This document shows, piece after piece, positions 20,110 through 29,455 of a stretch of 49,650 nt of DNA. The DNA comes from Nautiliaceae bacterium (lineage in GTDB: Bacteria; Campylobacterota; Campylobacteria; Campylobacterales; Nautiliaceae), in NCBI GenBank assembly GCA_027062985.1, contig JAMOSR010000019.1, forward strand, positions 1 to 49,650, given 5' to 3'. The translations under genes and the position numbers were made by a program. Position 1 is the stretch's first letter. Each line of letters begins with the position of its first letter. Under the pieces are notes generated by a model, which was not told the origin of the DNA, did no database searches, and saw only the letters and a list, made by a program, of their open reading frames with translations.

Positions 20110-20914
20110 ATTTGTTGATATCTTATTAAACGAAATAAAAACCACCGTAGAGAGCCTGATAGGGATAACACCTGATATAAGTCTTCTTAATTTTTCAAAA
20201 GATACCGGTCCAACTACGCCTCCATATGTTAAAGTAACCGCAAAAGCCTCTCCTAAAGGGGAAATCGTTTTTGTAATTCCTCCTGAATTTGCAACCGCCG
20301 TTGTCGATTTAATGCTTGGAGGGGAGGGGGAAGCTAAAAGCGAAGTAAACGAAGACGACCTTGATGCTATAAAAGAGCTGGTATCTAATATTTTAGGAGC
20401 TCTTGCCACCACCCTTGAAGCTCAAAGCGATTTTGAAAATATAAAATTTGAAATAACCGATATCAGTTTTGTTCAGACAAGCGAAGATTTTTCTTCTTAT
20501 GCCACCGTTATAAATATAGAATGTAAAGTTAAAGATGTTTTTAAAGTATGCCAGATATTTTTGGATGAGCCTCTTTTTAGACTTATAGCTAAAGAAGAAA
20601 AACACGAAGAAACTAAGAGTGCGGCGCCCAAATCTGCGTTAAGCGATGAGGCAAAACATCTTGAAATGCTTATGGATGTCAAACTTCAAGTAAGGGTTAG
20701 GATAGGAAGCAAAACTATGCTTTTAAAAGATGTGATTTCCATGGATATAGGAAGTATCGTAGAACTTAATCAGTTGGCAAACGAACCTTTGGATATTTTA
20801 ATAGAGGATAAAAAAATAGGAGAAGGTGAGGTTGTAATAGTTGACGGGAATTTTGGCATTCAGATTACTTCGATAGGAAGTAAAGCCGATAGATTAAAAT
20901 CAATGAAAGGTTGA
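20093..20914 (+). CDS. fliY: Flagellar motor switch protein FliY
   Basis: CheC-like middle domain (ELVSNILG) and a C-terminal FliN/SpoA domain (GEVVIVDGNFGIQI). Confidence 0.92.
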   Translation: MNLMNEFVDILLNEIKTTVESLIGITPDISLLNFSKDTGPTTPPYVKVTAKASPKGEIVFVIPPEFATAVVDLMLGGEGEAKSEVNEDDLDAIKELVSNILGALATTLEAQSDFENIKFEITDISFVQTSEDFSSYATVINIECKVKDVFKVCQIFLDEPLFRLIAKEEKHEETKSAAPKSALSDEAKHLEMLMDVKLQVRVRIGSKTMLLKDVISMDIGSIVELNQLANEPLDILIEDKKIGEGEVVIVDGNFGIQITSIGSKADRLKSMKG

Positions 20915-20959
20915 CAATTACTAAGCTATTTGATAAATTGGCATTCAAAAAGGCTTGCC

Positions 20960-22228
20960 GTGTTTAAATTCAGTGAAATTAGCGATATGTGTATAAAGTG
21001 CGGTAAATGTATTCCGGGTTGTACCATTCATAGGATAAATCCCGATGAAGCTACATCTCCAAGGGGTTTTTTAGATATCTTAAAAGCCGTTGAAGAAGGA
21101 GAAATAGAGATAGATAAGACCTTTAAAGATACGGTTGAATCCTGTTTTTTATGTAATCAGTGTGTTGAGGTATGTCCGAATTCCCTGCCTACCGATTTTA
21201 TGATAGAAAACGCCAGGAAAAAGGTTGCCGATAAATATGGAATTGCATGGTTTAAAAGGGCTTTTTTCTTTTTGTTAAGGCACAGATGGGCGTATGATTT
21301 GGTTAGTAAACTTGGGTTTTATTTTCAGACATGCGGATTTAAAATTGAAGAGGAAAAAAAATCCATCAGAAGCAGATTTAACCTTCCTATGCTTCATAAG
21401 GGAAGACTGCTTCCCGCTTTTAGAAAAAAAACGTTTCTTAAAAAATACCCCGAAAAAATAAAAACCGAAAATCCTCAAAAAAAAGTTGCTATTTTTATAG
21501 GATGTCTTGCCAATTACAATTATACGGAAGTCGGGGACGCACTTGTTAAAATACTTAGATTTTTAAATATTGATATTTCAATACCAAAAAAACAGGCCTG
21601 CTGCGGAGCTCCCGCTTATTTTACCGGGGATTTTGACACGACAGAATATTTAATTAAAAAAAATATAGAATATTTCGAAACGTTTATCGATGAGGTGGAT
21701 GCCATTTTAATTCCCGAAGCTACTTGTATGGCTATGATAAAAAAGGACTGGGAAGAGTATATTAAGCATTATATGAATGAGGATTGGCTTAAAAGATATA
21801 AGAAAATTCAAAACAAAGTTTTTGGAACAACTGAGTGGCTTTATAAATACACAGACCTTGAAAAAAGACTTGAAAATAAAAGAAAAAACGTTAAAGTTAC
21901 TTATCATGACGCGTGTCATATGGGTAAAGTGTTTAATATTAGAAAAGAACCGAGATATCTTGTAAATAAAGTAGCCGTTATAAACGAAATGGAAAATCCT
22001 GATGTATGTTGCGGATTTGGAGGAATTACTATTCAAAGCGAAAAGTTTGAGCTTGCCAGAAAAGAGGGTCTTATTAAAGCGGAAATGATAAAAAAAGTCG
22101 ATGCCGATATTGTAAGTGCTGAATGTAGTGCATGTAGAATGCAGATAACCGAACATCTTGATAAAGTAGGAGATAAAAAGCTCTTTAAACATCCTCTTGA
22201 AATTATAGCAGAGGCTATTGATGAATAA
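20960..22228 (+). CDS. Fe-S oxidoreductase (2x[4Fe-4S] plus two CCG domains; GlcF/GlpC-like)
   Basis: CIKCGKCIPGC, CFLCNQCVEVCP, ACCGAP, YHDACH, CCGFGG, CSAC. The GTG at 20960 follows AAGG. Confidence 0.85.
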   Translation: MFKFSEISDMCIKCGKCIPGCTIHRINPDEATSPRGFLDILKAVEEGEIEIDKTFKDTVESCFLCNQCVEVCPNSLPTDFMIENARKKVADKYGIAWFKRAFFFLLRHRWAYDLVSKLGFYFQTCGFKIEEEKKSIRSRFNLPMLHKGRLLPAFRKKTFLKKYPEKIKTENPQKKVAIFIGCLANYNYTEVGDALVKILRFLNIDISIPKKQACCGAPAYFTGDFDTTEYLIKKNIEYFETFIDEVDAILIPEATCMAMIKKDWEEYIKHYMNEDWLKRYKKIQNKVFGTTEWLYKYTDLEKRLENKRKNVKVTYHDACHMGKVFNIRKEPRYLVNKVAVINEMENPDVCCGFGGITIQSEKFELARKEGLIKAEMIKKVDADIVSAECSACRMQITEHLDKVGDKKLFKHPLEIIAEAIDE

Positions 22229-23042
22229 TTTTTTAAACTGGTGGCAGCATATCTACGAACATTTTAATCCGGTTGCTTTTTCCCTTTTTGGTTTTCAGGT
22301 TCACTGGTATGCTTTAATGTATATTACCGCTTTGGTGTTAGGCTATTTTCTTGGTGTTAAATTCGGAGAAAAACTGGGGTTTGAGAGAAAAATTATAGAT
22401 GAATATTTTATTTGGGCGGAAATAGGAATAATTTTAGGAGCGAGAATCGGTTATTTTATATTTTATGTTCCCGATAACGGATACTATTTTACTCATCCAT
22501 GGGAGATGTTTAATCCTTTTATAAACGGAAAATTTGTAGGAATTAGGGGTATGAGTTATCATGGAGCCGTTATAGGTTTTATTATTGCCACTCTTTTATT
22601 TTGGAAAATAAAAAAAGTGGATTTGTGGAAACTTGTCGATGTGGTGGCTTTAGCCGTGCCTCTTGCTTATACGTTTGGGCGAATAGGAAATTTTTTAAAC
22701 CAGGAGCTTTACGGAAGGGCTACAGATGTTGTATGGGGAATTTACGTCAACGGAATTTTGAGACATCCAAGCCAGCTTTATGAAGCGTTTTTTGAAGGAG
22801 TGTTCAGTTTTGTTATAATATATTTGTGGTATAAAAAACTGTATAAGTGTAAAGGGGAGCTTATAGGTCTTTATTTGTTGCTTTACGGTAGTTTTAGGAC
22901 TCTTTGTGAGCAGTGGAGAGAACCCGACCCGCAGCTTGGATTTATAATAGACCATTTAACAATGGGGCAAATTCTAAGTTCTTTGATGATAATAGGAGGA
23001 ATGGGAATTATCTATTTTAGGAGGAAATTATGCAAAAATTAG
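22218..23042 (+). CDS. lgt: Prolipoprotein diacylglyceryl transferase
   Basis: HWYALMY, GARIGY, GMSYHG, GRIGNFLNQELYGR, RHPSQLYEA. Confidence 0.97.
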   Translation: MMNNFLNWWQHIYEHFNPVAFSLFGFQVHWYALMYITALVLGYFLGVKFGEKLGFERKIIDEYFIWAEIGIILGARIGYFIFYVPDNGYYFTHPWEMFNPFINGKFVGIRGMSYHGAVIGFIIATLLFWKIKKVDLWKLVDVVALAVPLAYTFGRIGNFLNQELYGRATDVVWGIYVNGILRHPSQLYEAFFEGVFSFVIIYLWYKKLYKCKGELIGLYLLLYGSFRTLCEQWREPDPQLGFIIDHLTMGQILSSLMIIGGMGIIYFRRKLCKN

Positions 23043-24265
23043 CGATTATAGGCGGAGGGATTAGCGGGCTTGCTTTGGCTTATTATCTTCAAAATGATTA
23101 TGAAATAACTGTTTTTGAAAAAGAAAAATGGGGAGGAAAGGCTTATACTCAAAAAGTTGACAAATATCTCTTAGAAGAGGGGGTTAACGGGTTTTTAAGC
23201 AATTCTCCGGCTACGTTAGAGCTTTGCGAAAAAATAGGGTTAAATCCTATAAAAGCCAATGAAAACAGCAAAATCAGATATATTTACGATGATAAGCTTA
23301 TAGAGATACCTTTAAAGCCTTTAGATTTTTTAAAAAGCGATATTTTGAGTTTTTTGGGAAAACTGAGAGTTGCTATGGAATTTTTTGTAGAGCCTGTATG
23401 CGACAGGGAAGAGACGGTTGAAGAGTTTGCAACAAGAAGGCTTGGGAAGGAATTTACAAAAAGAATGATGACTCCAATGCTTGCCGGAATATATGCTTCA
23501 ACTCCTAAGAAGACTTCTATGAACGCGGCTTTTCCAAAACTAAAAAAAATAGAATGCGAATACGGAAGTTTGTTTAAAGGAATGATAAAATTAAAAAGAG
23601 GGGGACAGCCAAGCGGAGAGCTTCACTCTTTTGAATGGGGAATGAGTCAGTTTATTGAAGCATTAAAAGAAAAAACAAAAGCCAAATTTATTGAAAAAGA
23701 AATAAACGAAATAGACGAACTTAACGATTTTGACAAGGTTGTTATAGCAACTCCATCTTTTGAAGCCGCTAAAATTTTAAAGAAATATGAAAAACTTTCA
23801 ACTCTTTTAAATAAAATCGAATATAATCCCGTGGCGATAGTTGGATTTGATTATGATGAAATTAAGCCTGTAAGTTTTGGGATTTTAAGCGTAAAGGAAA
23901 AATCACTTGGGATTTTAATGGATAAATATATTTTTCCAAACAGAAATGCAATAAGAGTTATGGTAGGCGGGGCTAGATATCCTGAAATTAAAGATATGAG
24001 CGAAGAAGAAATTATAGAGATTGCTAAAAATGACGTAGAAAAAATTACGGGAGCTAAGAATCCTAAATTTACATGGATAAAAGTTCACAAAAAAGCGATT
24101 CCTAATTATTCTTTGGGGCATCAAAAACTGGTAAAAGAGATATTTGAAGAAGCTAAAAAAGCGGGAATTTATTTGCATGGTAATGCTTATAAAGGAGTCA
24201 GTTTTAATGATTGTATAAAAAATTCTCTTTTTCTTTCAGAAGAACTTAAAAACTTGGTAAAATAA
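23030..24265 (+). CDS. hemY: HemY-family FAD-dependent (proto/copro)porphyrinogen oxidase
   Basis: IIGGGISGL, EEGVNGFL, ETVEEFA.RRLG, PMLAGIYA, AFPKL..IE..YGSL, AIPNY.LGH, GNAY.GVSFNDCI. Confidence 0.85.
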   Translation: MQKLAIIGGGISGLALAYYLQNDYEITVFEKEKWGGKAYTQKVDKYLLEEGVNGFLSNSPATLELCEKIGLNPIKANENSKIRYIYDDKLIEIPLKPLDFLKSDILSFLGKLRVAMEFFVEPVCDREETVEEFATRRLGKEFTKRMMTPMLAGIYASTPKKTSMNAAFPKLKKIECEYGSLFKGMIKLKRGGQPSGELHSFEWGMSQFIEALKEKTKAKFIEKEINEIDELNDFDKVVIATPSFEAAKILKKYEKLSTLLNKIEYNPVAIVGFDYDEIKPVSFGILSVKEKSLGILMDKYIFPNRNAIRVMVGGARYPEIKDMSEEEIIEIAKNDVEKITGAKNPKFTWIKVHKKAIPNYSLGHQKLVKEIFEEAKKAGIYLHGNAYKGVSFNDCIKNSLFLSEELKNLVK

Positions 24266-24281
24266 TCAAAAAGGATATTTA

Positions 24282-24974
24282 ATGCTTGAAAATTTAACAT
24301 ATTCTCTTTTTGATTATTTTGATAAAATGCCTTATGTTGTGAGTTATACAGCAGGGCTTCTTAGTTTTTTGTCTCCTTGTGTTTTGCCTCTTGTGCCTAT
24401 TTATTTTTTTTATATTACGGGTATTAGCGCAAAAGAGATAAAAGAAAAAAAACTTTCAAAAGAAGAAAAAATAAAAATATTCTTAAACTCCCTTATGTTT
24501 ATAGCAGGTTTTTCAGTTGTTTTTATTTTAATAGGAGCGGCAACCGCTAATTTAATAGGCAATATATTTGCCAATAAATGGTTTAATATAATAGCTGGCC
24601 TTATAATCATATTATTTGGAATTCATTTGGGAGGATTTTATAGATTTAAATTTTTACAATTTGAAAAAAGACTTCAGCTTCAAAATACAGGAGCTTTTTT
24701 ACTTGGTTTTTCTTTTGCTTTTGGATGGACCCCGTGTATCGGTCCGATTTTTGGAACAATTGTCGGAATGGCGGCAAGCGAACCTGCTAAAAGTGTTTTG
24801 ATGATGGTTTTATACACTTTCGGACTTGCTACGCCTTTTATATTAATGGCTGTTTTTACCGTATGGAGTTTAAATTTAATAGAAAAACTGAAACAGTATA
24901 TTGGAATTATTGAAAAAATAAGCGGGATTTTATTAATAGCCGTAGGGGTTTATATGATTTATAAAGTTATATAG
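24282..24974 (+). CDS. ccdA: Cytochrome c biogenesis protein CcdA
   Basis: SFLSPCVLPL and FAFGWTPCIGP redox cysteines in a multi-TM protein. Confidence 0.92.
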   Translation: MLENLTYSLFDYFDKMPYVVSYTAGLLSFLSPCVLPLVPIYFFYITGISAKEIKEKKLSKEEKIKIFLNSLMFIAGFSVVFILIGAATANLIGNIFANKWFNIIAGLIIILFGIHLGGFYRFKFLQFEKRLQLQNTGAFLLGFSFAFGWTPCIGPIFGTIVGMAASEPAKSVLMMVLYTFGLATPFILMAVFTVWSLNLIEKLKQYIGIIEKISGILLIAVGVYMIYKVI

Positions 24975-25040
24975 TTTTATAATAAAAAGCTTGTAAAAAA
25001 TTGCAATTAATAAAATTTGGTATAATAAGCATCAAACTTA

Positions 25041-25189
25041 GGAACTGACTAAATACGCTCAACAAGAGAGCAAATTTTTAAACATGTCCTAAAAGCTAAA
25101 AAGTGCAAACCGCTACGCTTTAGGTGCACTTTTTTAACGCTTTTATTACATTAAAATTTACAATTGTTTTACTTTATTTAGTCAGTGCC
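25041..25189. mobile_element. 149-bp MITE with IS1595-like ends and 8-bp target duplication
   Basis: 15-bp TIR with 1 mismatch (GGAACTGACTAAATA / TATTTAGTCAGTGCC). Direct repeat CAAACTTA at 25033-25040 and 25190-25197. Confidence 0.92.
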
Positions 25190-25213
25190 CAAACTTATGT
25201 TAAAGGAGAGTTT

Positions 25214-25450
25214 ATGAAAAAATTATTAGTATTAGGAACTTTTATTGTAGCTGGGTTTGCGTATTCAAACTGTGCTATGTGTCATAACGGAGGTATGGCT
25301 AAAAAGCTTGATAGTATGACTTCTGCTGAGATTGTTAAAAAAATGAAAGAATATAAGGCAGGTCAAGGTAACCCTATGATGGTGAATATTGCAAAAGGTA
25401 TGAGTGATAAAGAAATAGAAGAAGCTGCTAAAAAGTTTGGTAAAAAATAA
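25214..25450 (+). CDS. Monoheme cytochrome c553-like protein
   Basis: Signal peptide, CAMCH and distal Met (NPMM). AAGGAG RBS precedes ATG 25214. Confidence 0.9.
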   Translation: MKKLLVLGTFIVAGFAYSNCAMCHNGGMAKKLDSMTSAEIVKKMKEYKAGQGNPMMVNIAKGMSDKEIEEAAKKFGKK

Positions 25451-25457
25451 ATTTATG

Positions 25458-25487
25458 GGAAGTTTTTAACTTCCTTCTTTGTTTTTT
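25458..25487 (+). terminator. Intrinsic terminator after cytochrome c553
   Basis: GGAAGTT-TTT-AACTTCC followed by a T-rich tail. Confidence 0.7.
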
Positions 25488-25519
25488 AAATAAAGAGTCA
25501 GTCACTTTCCTTGTTGAAT

Positions 25520-25539
25520 AAAAAAGCCCAAAAGGGCTT
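25520..25539 (-). terminator. Intrinsic terminator after hao
   Basis: Minus strand AAGCCC-TTTT-GGGCTT-TTTT, just past the stop. Confidence 0.75.
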
Positions 25540-25544
25540 GAAGA

Positions 25545-27077
25545 TTATTCGTGAGTAACAACAGGCATTGGAACTTCGTTTGCCAATGCTTTTTTAGGGT
25601 CTCCGTATTTTTTAAGCATTTTCATTCTGTAATCATAAATATCTTTCATTTCTCTGATATCTTGCATTACTTGGAATACACCATGCCAGTGAGCATAATC
25701 CGGGCTTCCCATTGCTGCACCATGTCTGAATCTTCTACCTTCATGATGCCATAGATAGTAGTATAGTTTGAAGAACGGATCGCTCCATACGTCTGATTTG
25801 ATTAAACCTTTCTTTTTAAGGTCAGCCATCATTTTGTTTGCAAATGATTTATATTGATTGTAAATTTTTACAGCTGCGTCAACTCTTTGGAAAAAGTTGT
25901 TTGTAAATGTTGCTTGGTGACAAGCCATACAAACTTTTTTCATATCAGCTCTTGCAGCTTCTGGTCCGTTAGGGTTACCTGCTTTGGCGTTACCTCTTAT
26001 TACAGTGTTGGCGTTGATTTTTCCTCCACCTTTCCAGAATGCCCATCCGGCTGTTTCATGTCCACCAGTTCTTAAGAAACTGTCCGGTGCCCAAAGGTTC
26101 CATTTAAGTCTAAGTGATACGTTGTGAGTAGCTTTTAGACCATTGATTCCACTCATATGACAAGTAAAACATGTACCAGCTCTTAGAGTTTTGCCTGGAA
26201 TTTGTTCACCAGTTTCGAAGTTGTAATCTTCTTCGTTTGTTTCGAAAATATGTCCATGAACACTTGATTCGAACACTTCTTTCATTGGATGGTCAGGACC
26301 TAAGTGACAGTTGTTACAGCTCATAGGATGTCTTGCTTCAGCTGCGCTGAATTTATGTCTGCTGTGACAGCTTAAGCAGTTTGATACCCCACCGTCTGGA
26401 TAAAGCGCTGCAATACCGTCGTTTGGCCAAGTTGTTGCGTCAGGTCTACCTTGAGAATCTAATTTAATTGTAGTACCGTGACATTGGATACAAATATTAG
26501 CTACGTTCAAATCAGCAGTTCTTGGATTTTTTTCATTTGCTTGGAATACAGGACCGTCAGTTCTGATTCCTTTTTCCATAGCTTTACCGTCAACTAGGTA
26601 AGATTTGTTAGCACCTTTTAAGCTTTCATAATGGTATGCAAGTTTTGTCATTAGGTAACCGTGTTTGTTTTTAGGAGTTGCCAGCCATTGAGCCGCACCT
26701 CTACTGTGTCCAGAATTCATATATTCTGTTACTTCTTTTGCGTGACATTTAGCACAAGTTACAGAAGATACCGCGATTTGAACTGTCCAGTTGCTTCCTT
26801 GCATTGGGTGAGCTTTGAAAGCAGTTGGGTAATCTTTAGGAACTACGTGACATTCCACACATCCTACACCAGCTTTTGCGTGTTTAGAATGTTGCCAGTC
26901 AGCAACAATTCCAGGGTCAGTTGTTTTGTGACACATTAAACATTGATCGTTACTTACACCTTGTGGGTGGAAGTTTTTAAGTTTTTGATAGTTTGGGTTT
27001 GAATCTAAGCTGTTTGCTGCAAACGCTAAACTTCCGATTGCTGCAACGCTTAGTCCTGCACTAAGTACTTTTTTCAT
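25545..27077 (-). CDS. hao: Octaheme hydroxylamine oxidoreductase-like protein (epsilon-Hao)
   Basis: 8 CxxCH motifs and a signal peptide. HAO-family motifs CHSRH.FS...AR.P..C..CHLGPDHP and WHHEGRR.RHGAAM..PDYAHWHG. Confidence 0.9.
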   Translation of the reverse strand: MKKVLSAGLSVAAIGSLAFAANSLDSNPNYQKLKNFHPQGVSNDQCLMCHKTTDPGIVADWQHSKHAKAGVGCVECHVVPKDYPTAFKAHPMQGSNWTVQIAVSSVTCAKCHAKEVTEYMNSGHSRGAAQWLATPKNKHGYLMTKLAYHYESLKGANKSYLVDGKAMEKGIRTDGPVFQANEKNPRTADLNVANICIQCHGTTIKLDSQGRPDATTWPNDGIAALYPDGGVSNCLSCHSRHKFSAAEARHPMSCNNCHLGPDHPMKEVFESSVHGHIFETNEEDYNFETGEQIPGKTLRAGTCFTCHMSGINGLKATHNVSLRLKWNLWAPDSFLRTGGHETAGWAFWKGGGKINANTVIRGNAKAGNPNGPEAARADMKKVCMACHQATFTNNFFQRVDAAVKIYNQYKSFANKMMADLKKKGLIKSDVWSDPFFKLYYYLWHHEGRRFRHGAAMGSPDYAHWHGVFQVMQDIREMKDIYDYRMKMLKKYGDPKKALANEVPMPVVTHE

Positions 27078-27114
27078 TTCTACTCCTTTTTGTTTAGGAC
27101 TTTTAGCTCCCTAA

Positions 27115-27147
27115 ATTGTACAAAAAAAAAGTGTTAGAAAAGTGCTT
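27115..27147 (-). promoter_or_regulatory. hao promoter: RCACTT direct repeat (11-bp period) plus -10 TACAAT
   Basis: Minus strand AAGCACTTTTCTAACACTTTTTTTTTGTACAAT. Same geometry as 38912-38944. Confidence 0.7.
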
Positions 27148-27170
27148 ATGAAGAAAAAAGGGAGAAAATT

Positions 27171-27515
27171 TTAATATTTTCCTTTAAGAGAACCGAAATA
27201 TTTAACTTCTTCGGCTTTTTTATCTGTATTGAGCTCTTCTACCGTAGCGTTTAAATCGATTTCTTCTTTCATTTTTTCAAGTTCTTCTTCGCAATAGCTC
27301 ATATGCATATCAGCACTAATAATATAAGGCATCTGTTCTATTTGAGTTAGTTTTTCAATTTCCTCTTCAACGTTTTCACCTTCTATCGTAATAATTATTA
27401 CGCCTTTTTGTTTATCTCCGAAATGAACGTCGCAAAGAGGTGATTCTTGAAGATTTAACCAAACTGCGTCGTAATGTTCAGGCTTTGTTTTTACTATAAT
27501 ACTCGAAATATTCAT
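27171..27515 (-). CDS. napD: NapA chaperone NapD
   Basis: MNISSIIV...G.IIITIEGE motif. Last gene of the nap operon. Confidence 0.92.
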   Translation of the reverse strand: MNISSIIVKTKPEHYDAVWLNLQESPLCDVHFGDKQKGVIIITIEGENVEEEIEKLTQIEQMPYIISADMHMSYCEEELEKMKEEIDLNATVEELNTDKKAEEVKYFGSLKGKY

Positions 27516-27524
27516 GTGACTCCT

Positions 27525-28478
27525 TTATTTGATTTTCCATATAATTATTTCTGCCGGTGAAAAACTTAAAATTTCTTTTTCATTTAAATATTTCATTCCG
27601 TTTAAAGCCATGGTGTGGCCTTTTAGAAGTAATTTAGGTTTATTAAATATAGAATAAACCATAATATCGTTTGCCTCGTCATATTGAATTGCAAAAGCGT
27701 CCAATGTTGGAGAGAGTGCGGTTGCGTAAGGTAAAAATTTTGCTTTTAGTCTGTTTTTTGCATATCCGCTATTTATATCATAAATTCCGACTCTCATATC
27801 ACTGCTTCCGTTTATTACAAGATTTTTAATAAAATCCAAACTAAGAGTTTTATCTTTATTGAATCCTTTTATTTCTTTTAATTTTTTCCCGTTAATTACA
27901 TCTATTATTTTAACGGCTCCGCTTTCGTCTCCTACAGCGGCTTTTGTTTTTGTTTCGTTTAATACATAAGTGGAAAATACATAATTTCCTGCTTGGATTT
28001 TATATAGCCATTTTTTTGATTTTAAATCATAAAGGGCCATTTCATCGCTTAATAAGGCGAAAAATATTTGTGAATTGTTAATAAATCTTGCTTTCATTAA
28101 TGTCTGTTTTGTAGTAAATAAGTGAGATAATTTATGATTTTTTAAATCGAATAAGAAGAATTCTCTAACAGCGTTTTCCCCTTCGGCAAGAATTAAAAGT
28201 GTTTTGTTATCAGGGGAAATATCAAGGGAGTAAATAGGCATAGCTATTAAATCTCCCATAAAATCATGTATTTTAGGTAAAGAAAACTTATAAATATCTT
28301 TTAATGTTTTAAAATCTCTTATTACAATTTCTCCATTTTCAAGACCGGAGATTATATATGTGTTATTGTATGTAATTTTTGATATGTAATAATTGTATTT
28401 TATAGTCTTGAAAGGAGTCAGCGTTTGATATGCAAAAACCATTATACTTATAATAACTATTAAAAAAATCTTTTTCAT
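27525..28478 (-). CDS. napL: Periplasmic WD40-like protein NapL
   Basis: Signal peptide, LPKIHDFMGD, GDESG, LKGH beta-propeller features. Lies between napF and napD. Confidence 0.85.
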   Translation of the reverse strand: MKKIFLIVIISIMVFAYQTLTPFKTIKYNYYISKITYNNTYIISGLENGEIVIRDFKTLKDIYKFSLPKIHDFMGDLIAMPIYSLDISPDNKTLLILAEGENAVREFFLFDLKNHKLSHLFTTKQTLMKARFINNSQIFFALLSDEMALYDLKSKKWLYKIQAGNYVFSTYVLNETKTKAAVGDESGAVKIIDVINGKKLKEIKGFNKDKTLSLDFIKNLVINGSSDMRVGIYDINSGYAKNRLKAKFLPYATALSPTLDAFAIQYDEANDIMVYSIFNKPKLLLKGHTMALNGMKYLNEKEILSFSPAEIIIWKIK

Positions 28479-28487
28479 TAAAACTCC

Positions 28488-28964
28488 TTATAAAATTTTA
28501 ATTTCTATAGCGTTGTTTGGACATACGCTTATACAAAAACCACAGCCTGTACATTTTTCCAAATCTATCGCAGGGTTAAATGTCCCATTATATATTATAG
28601 CAGATTCTTCACATATATCTTGACAGGAAAAACAGATTGTTTGATTCCATGCAAGACATTTTGACGGATTAATAATCATTTGAGCGTCTAATTTATTTTT
28701 TTTATTTTTTATCGACAATACTTCGTAAGGACAGGCTAAGGCGCATTCGTCACAAAGAGTACATCCGTTTTGTCCAAATTTAATTATAGGAAAATTTTCT
28801 TCTATATAAATAATTTTTTCCTTGCATGCATTCAAACAATCTTTTGTTTCACATTCTATACATTTTATAAAAGATTCTTTTGAAGAATAATATGGGGGAA
28901 ATAAGAAAGACTTAAAAGGAGAGGAAACTCTCCTAAAAAAATTTCTTTTTGATTTGTCTACCAA
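28488..28964 (-). CDS. napF: Ferredoxin-type protein NapF
   Basis: Several CxxCxxCxxxCP clusters and an RNFF N-terminus. Confidence 0.88.
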   Translation of the reverse strand: MVDKSKRNFFRRVSSPFKSFLFPPYYSSKESFIKCIECETKDCLNACKEKIIYIEENFPIIKFGQNGCTLCDECALACPYEVLSIKNKKNKLDAQMIINPSKCLAWNQTICFSCQDICEESAIIYNGTFNPAIDLEKCTGCGFCISVCPNNAIEIKIL

Positions 28965-29455
28965 TTTTTTAGGCTTTCAAATTTGTTTTCCACAACAGAG
29001 TTTACTTTTGCCTGAGGAGTGTGACAAGTTGTACAGAAATATCTGCTTCCTGCAACTTTTGGAGCTTTTTTGTTTCCTCCGAAATTGTCAACAAAATGGT
29101 CTGCCGGCATAGGCGTAACTCCTAAAGCCTTGGCTGTTGAAGGCATATGGCAGTTTAAGCACATATTTTTGCCTACTTTAATAGGAACCATACCTTTTAC
29201 GCTGTGAGGAATCATAGGAGGTGCGTCTGAAAAAGATTTTTTAAACGGTTTTACTTTTCCAGGGATTGGAGCTGGCGCATGATATTCCACTACAGGCAGA
29301 TTCTCACTTCCAGCATTTAAATCTGTTTTTCTAACTCCAGTAATTTCTACTGTTTTATTTGAGACTTTATTATTTTGAGTCTGAGATTGTGTAGTACATC
29401 CGGCAAATACTAATACTGCCGCTGCTATTGAATTAACTATTAGCAGTTTTTTCAT
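28958..29455 (-). CDS. napB: Diheme cytochrome c NapB (lipoprotein-type)
   Basis: APPMIPHS, CLNCH, RYFCTTCHTPQ. FAGC lipobox. Confidence 0.95.
   Translation of the reverse strand: MKKLLIVNSIAAAVLVFAGCTTQSQTQNNKVSNKTVEITGVRKTDLNAGSENLPVVEYHAPAPIPGKVKPFKKSFSDAPPMIPHSVKGMVPIKVGKNMCLNCHMPSTAKALGVTPMPADHFVDNFGGNKKAPKVAGSRYFCTTCHTPQAKVNSVVENKFESLKNW

Noticed and set aside
25124-25213. N-terminal extension of the cytochrome c553 ORF
   Set aside because: It begins inside the MITE; the real RBS and signal peptide start at 25214.
25496-25505. AGTCAGT resembling a MITE end
   Set aside because: Only 7 nt, with no partner end or target duplication.
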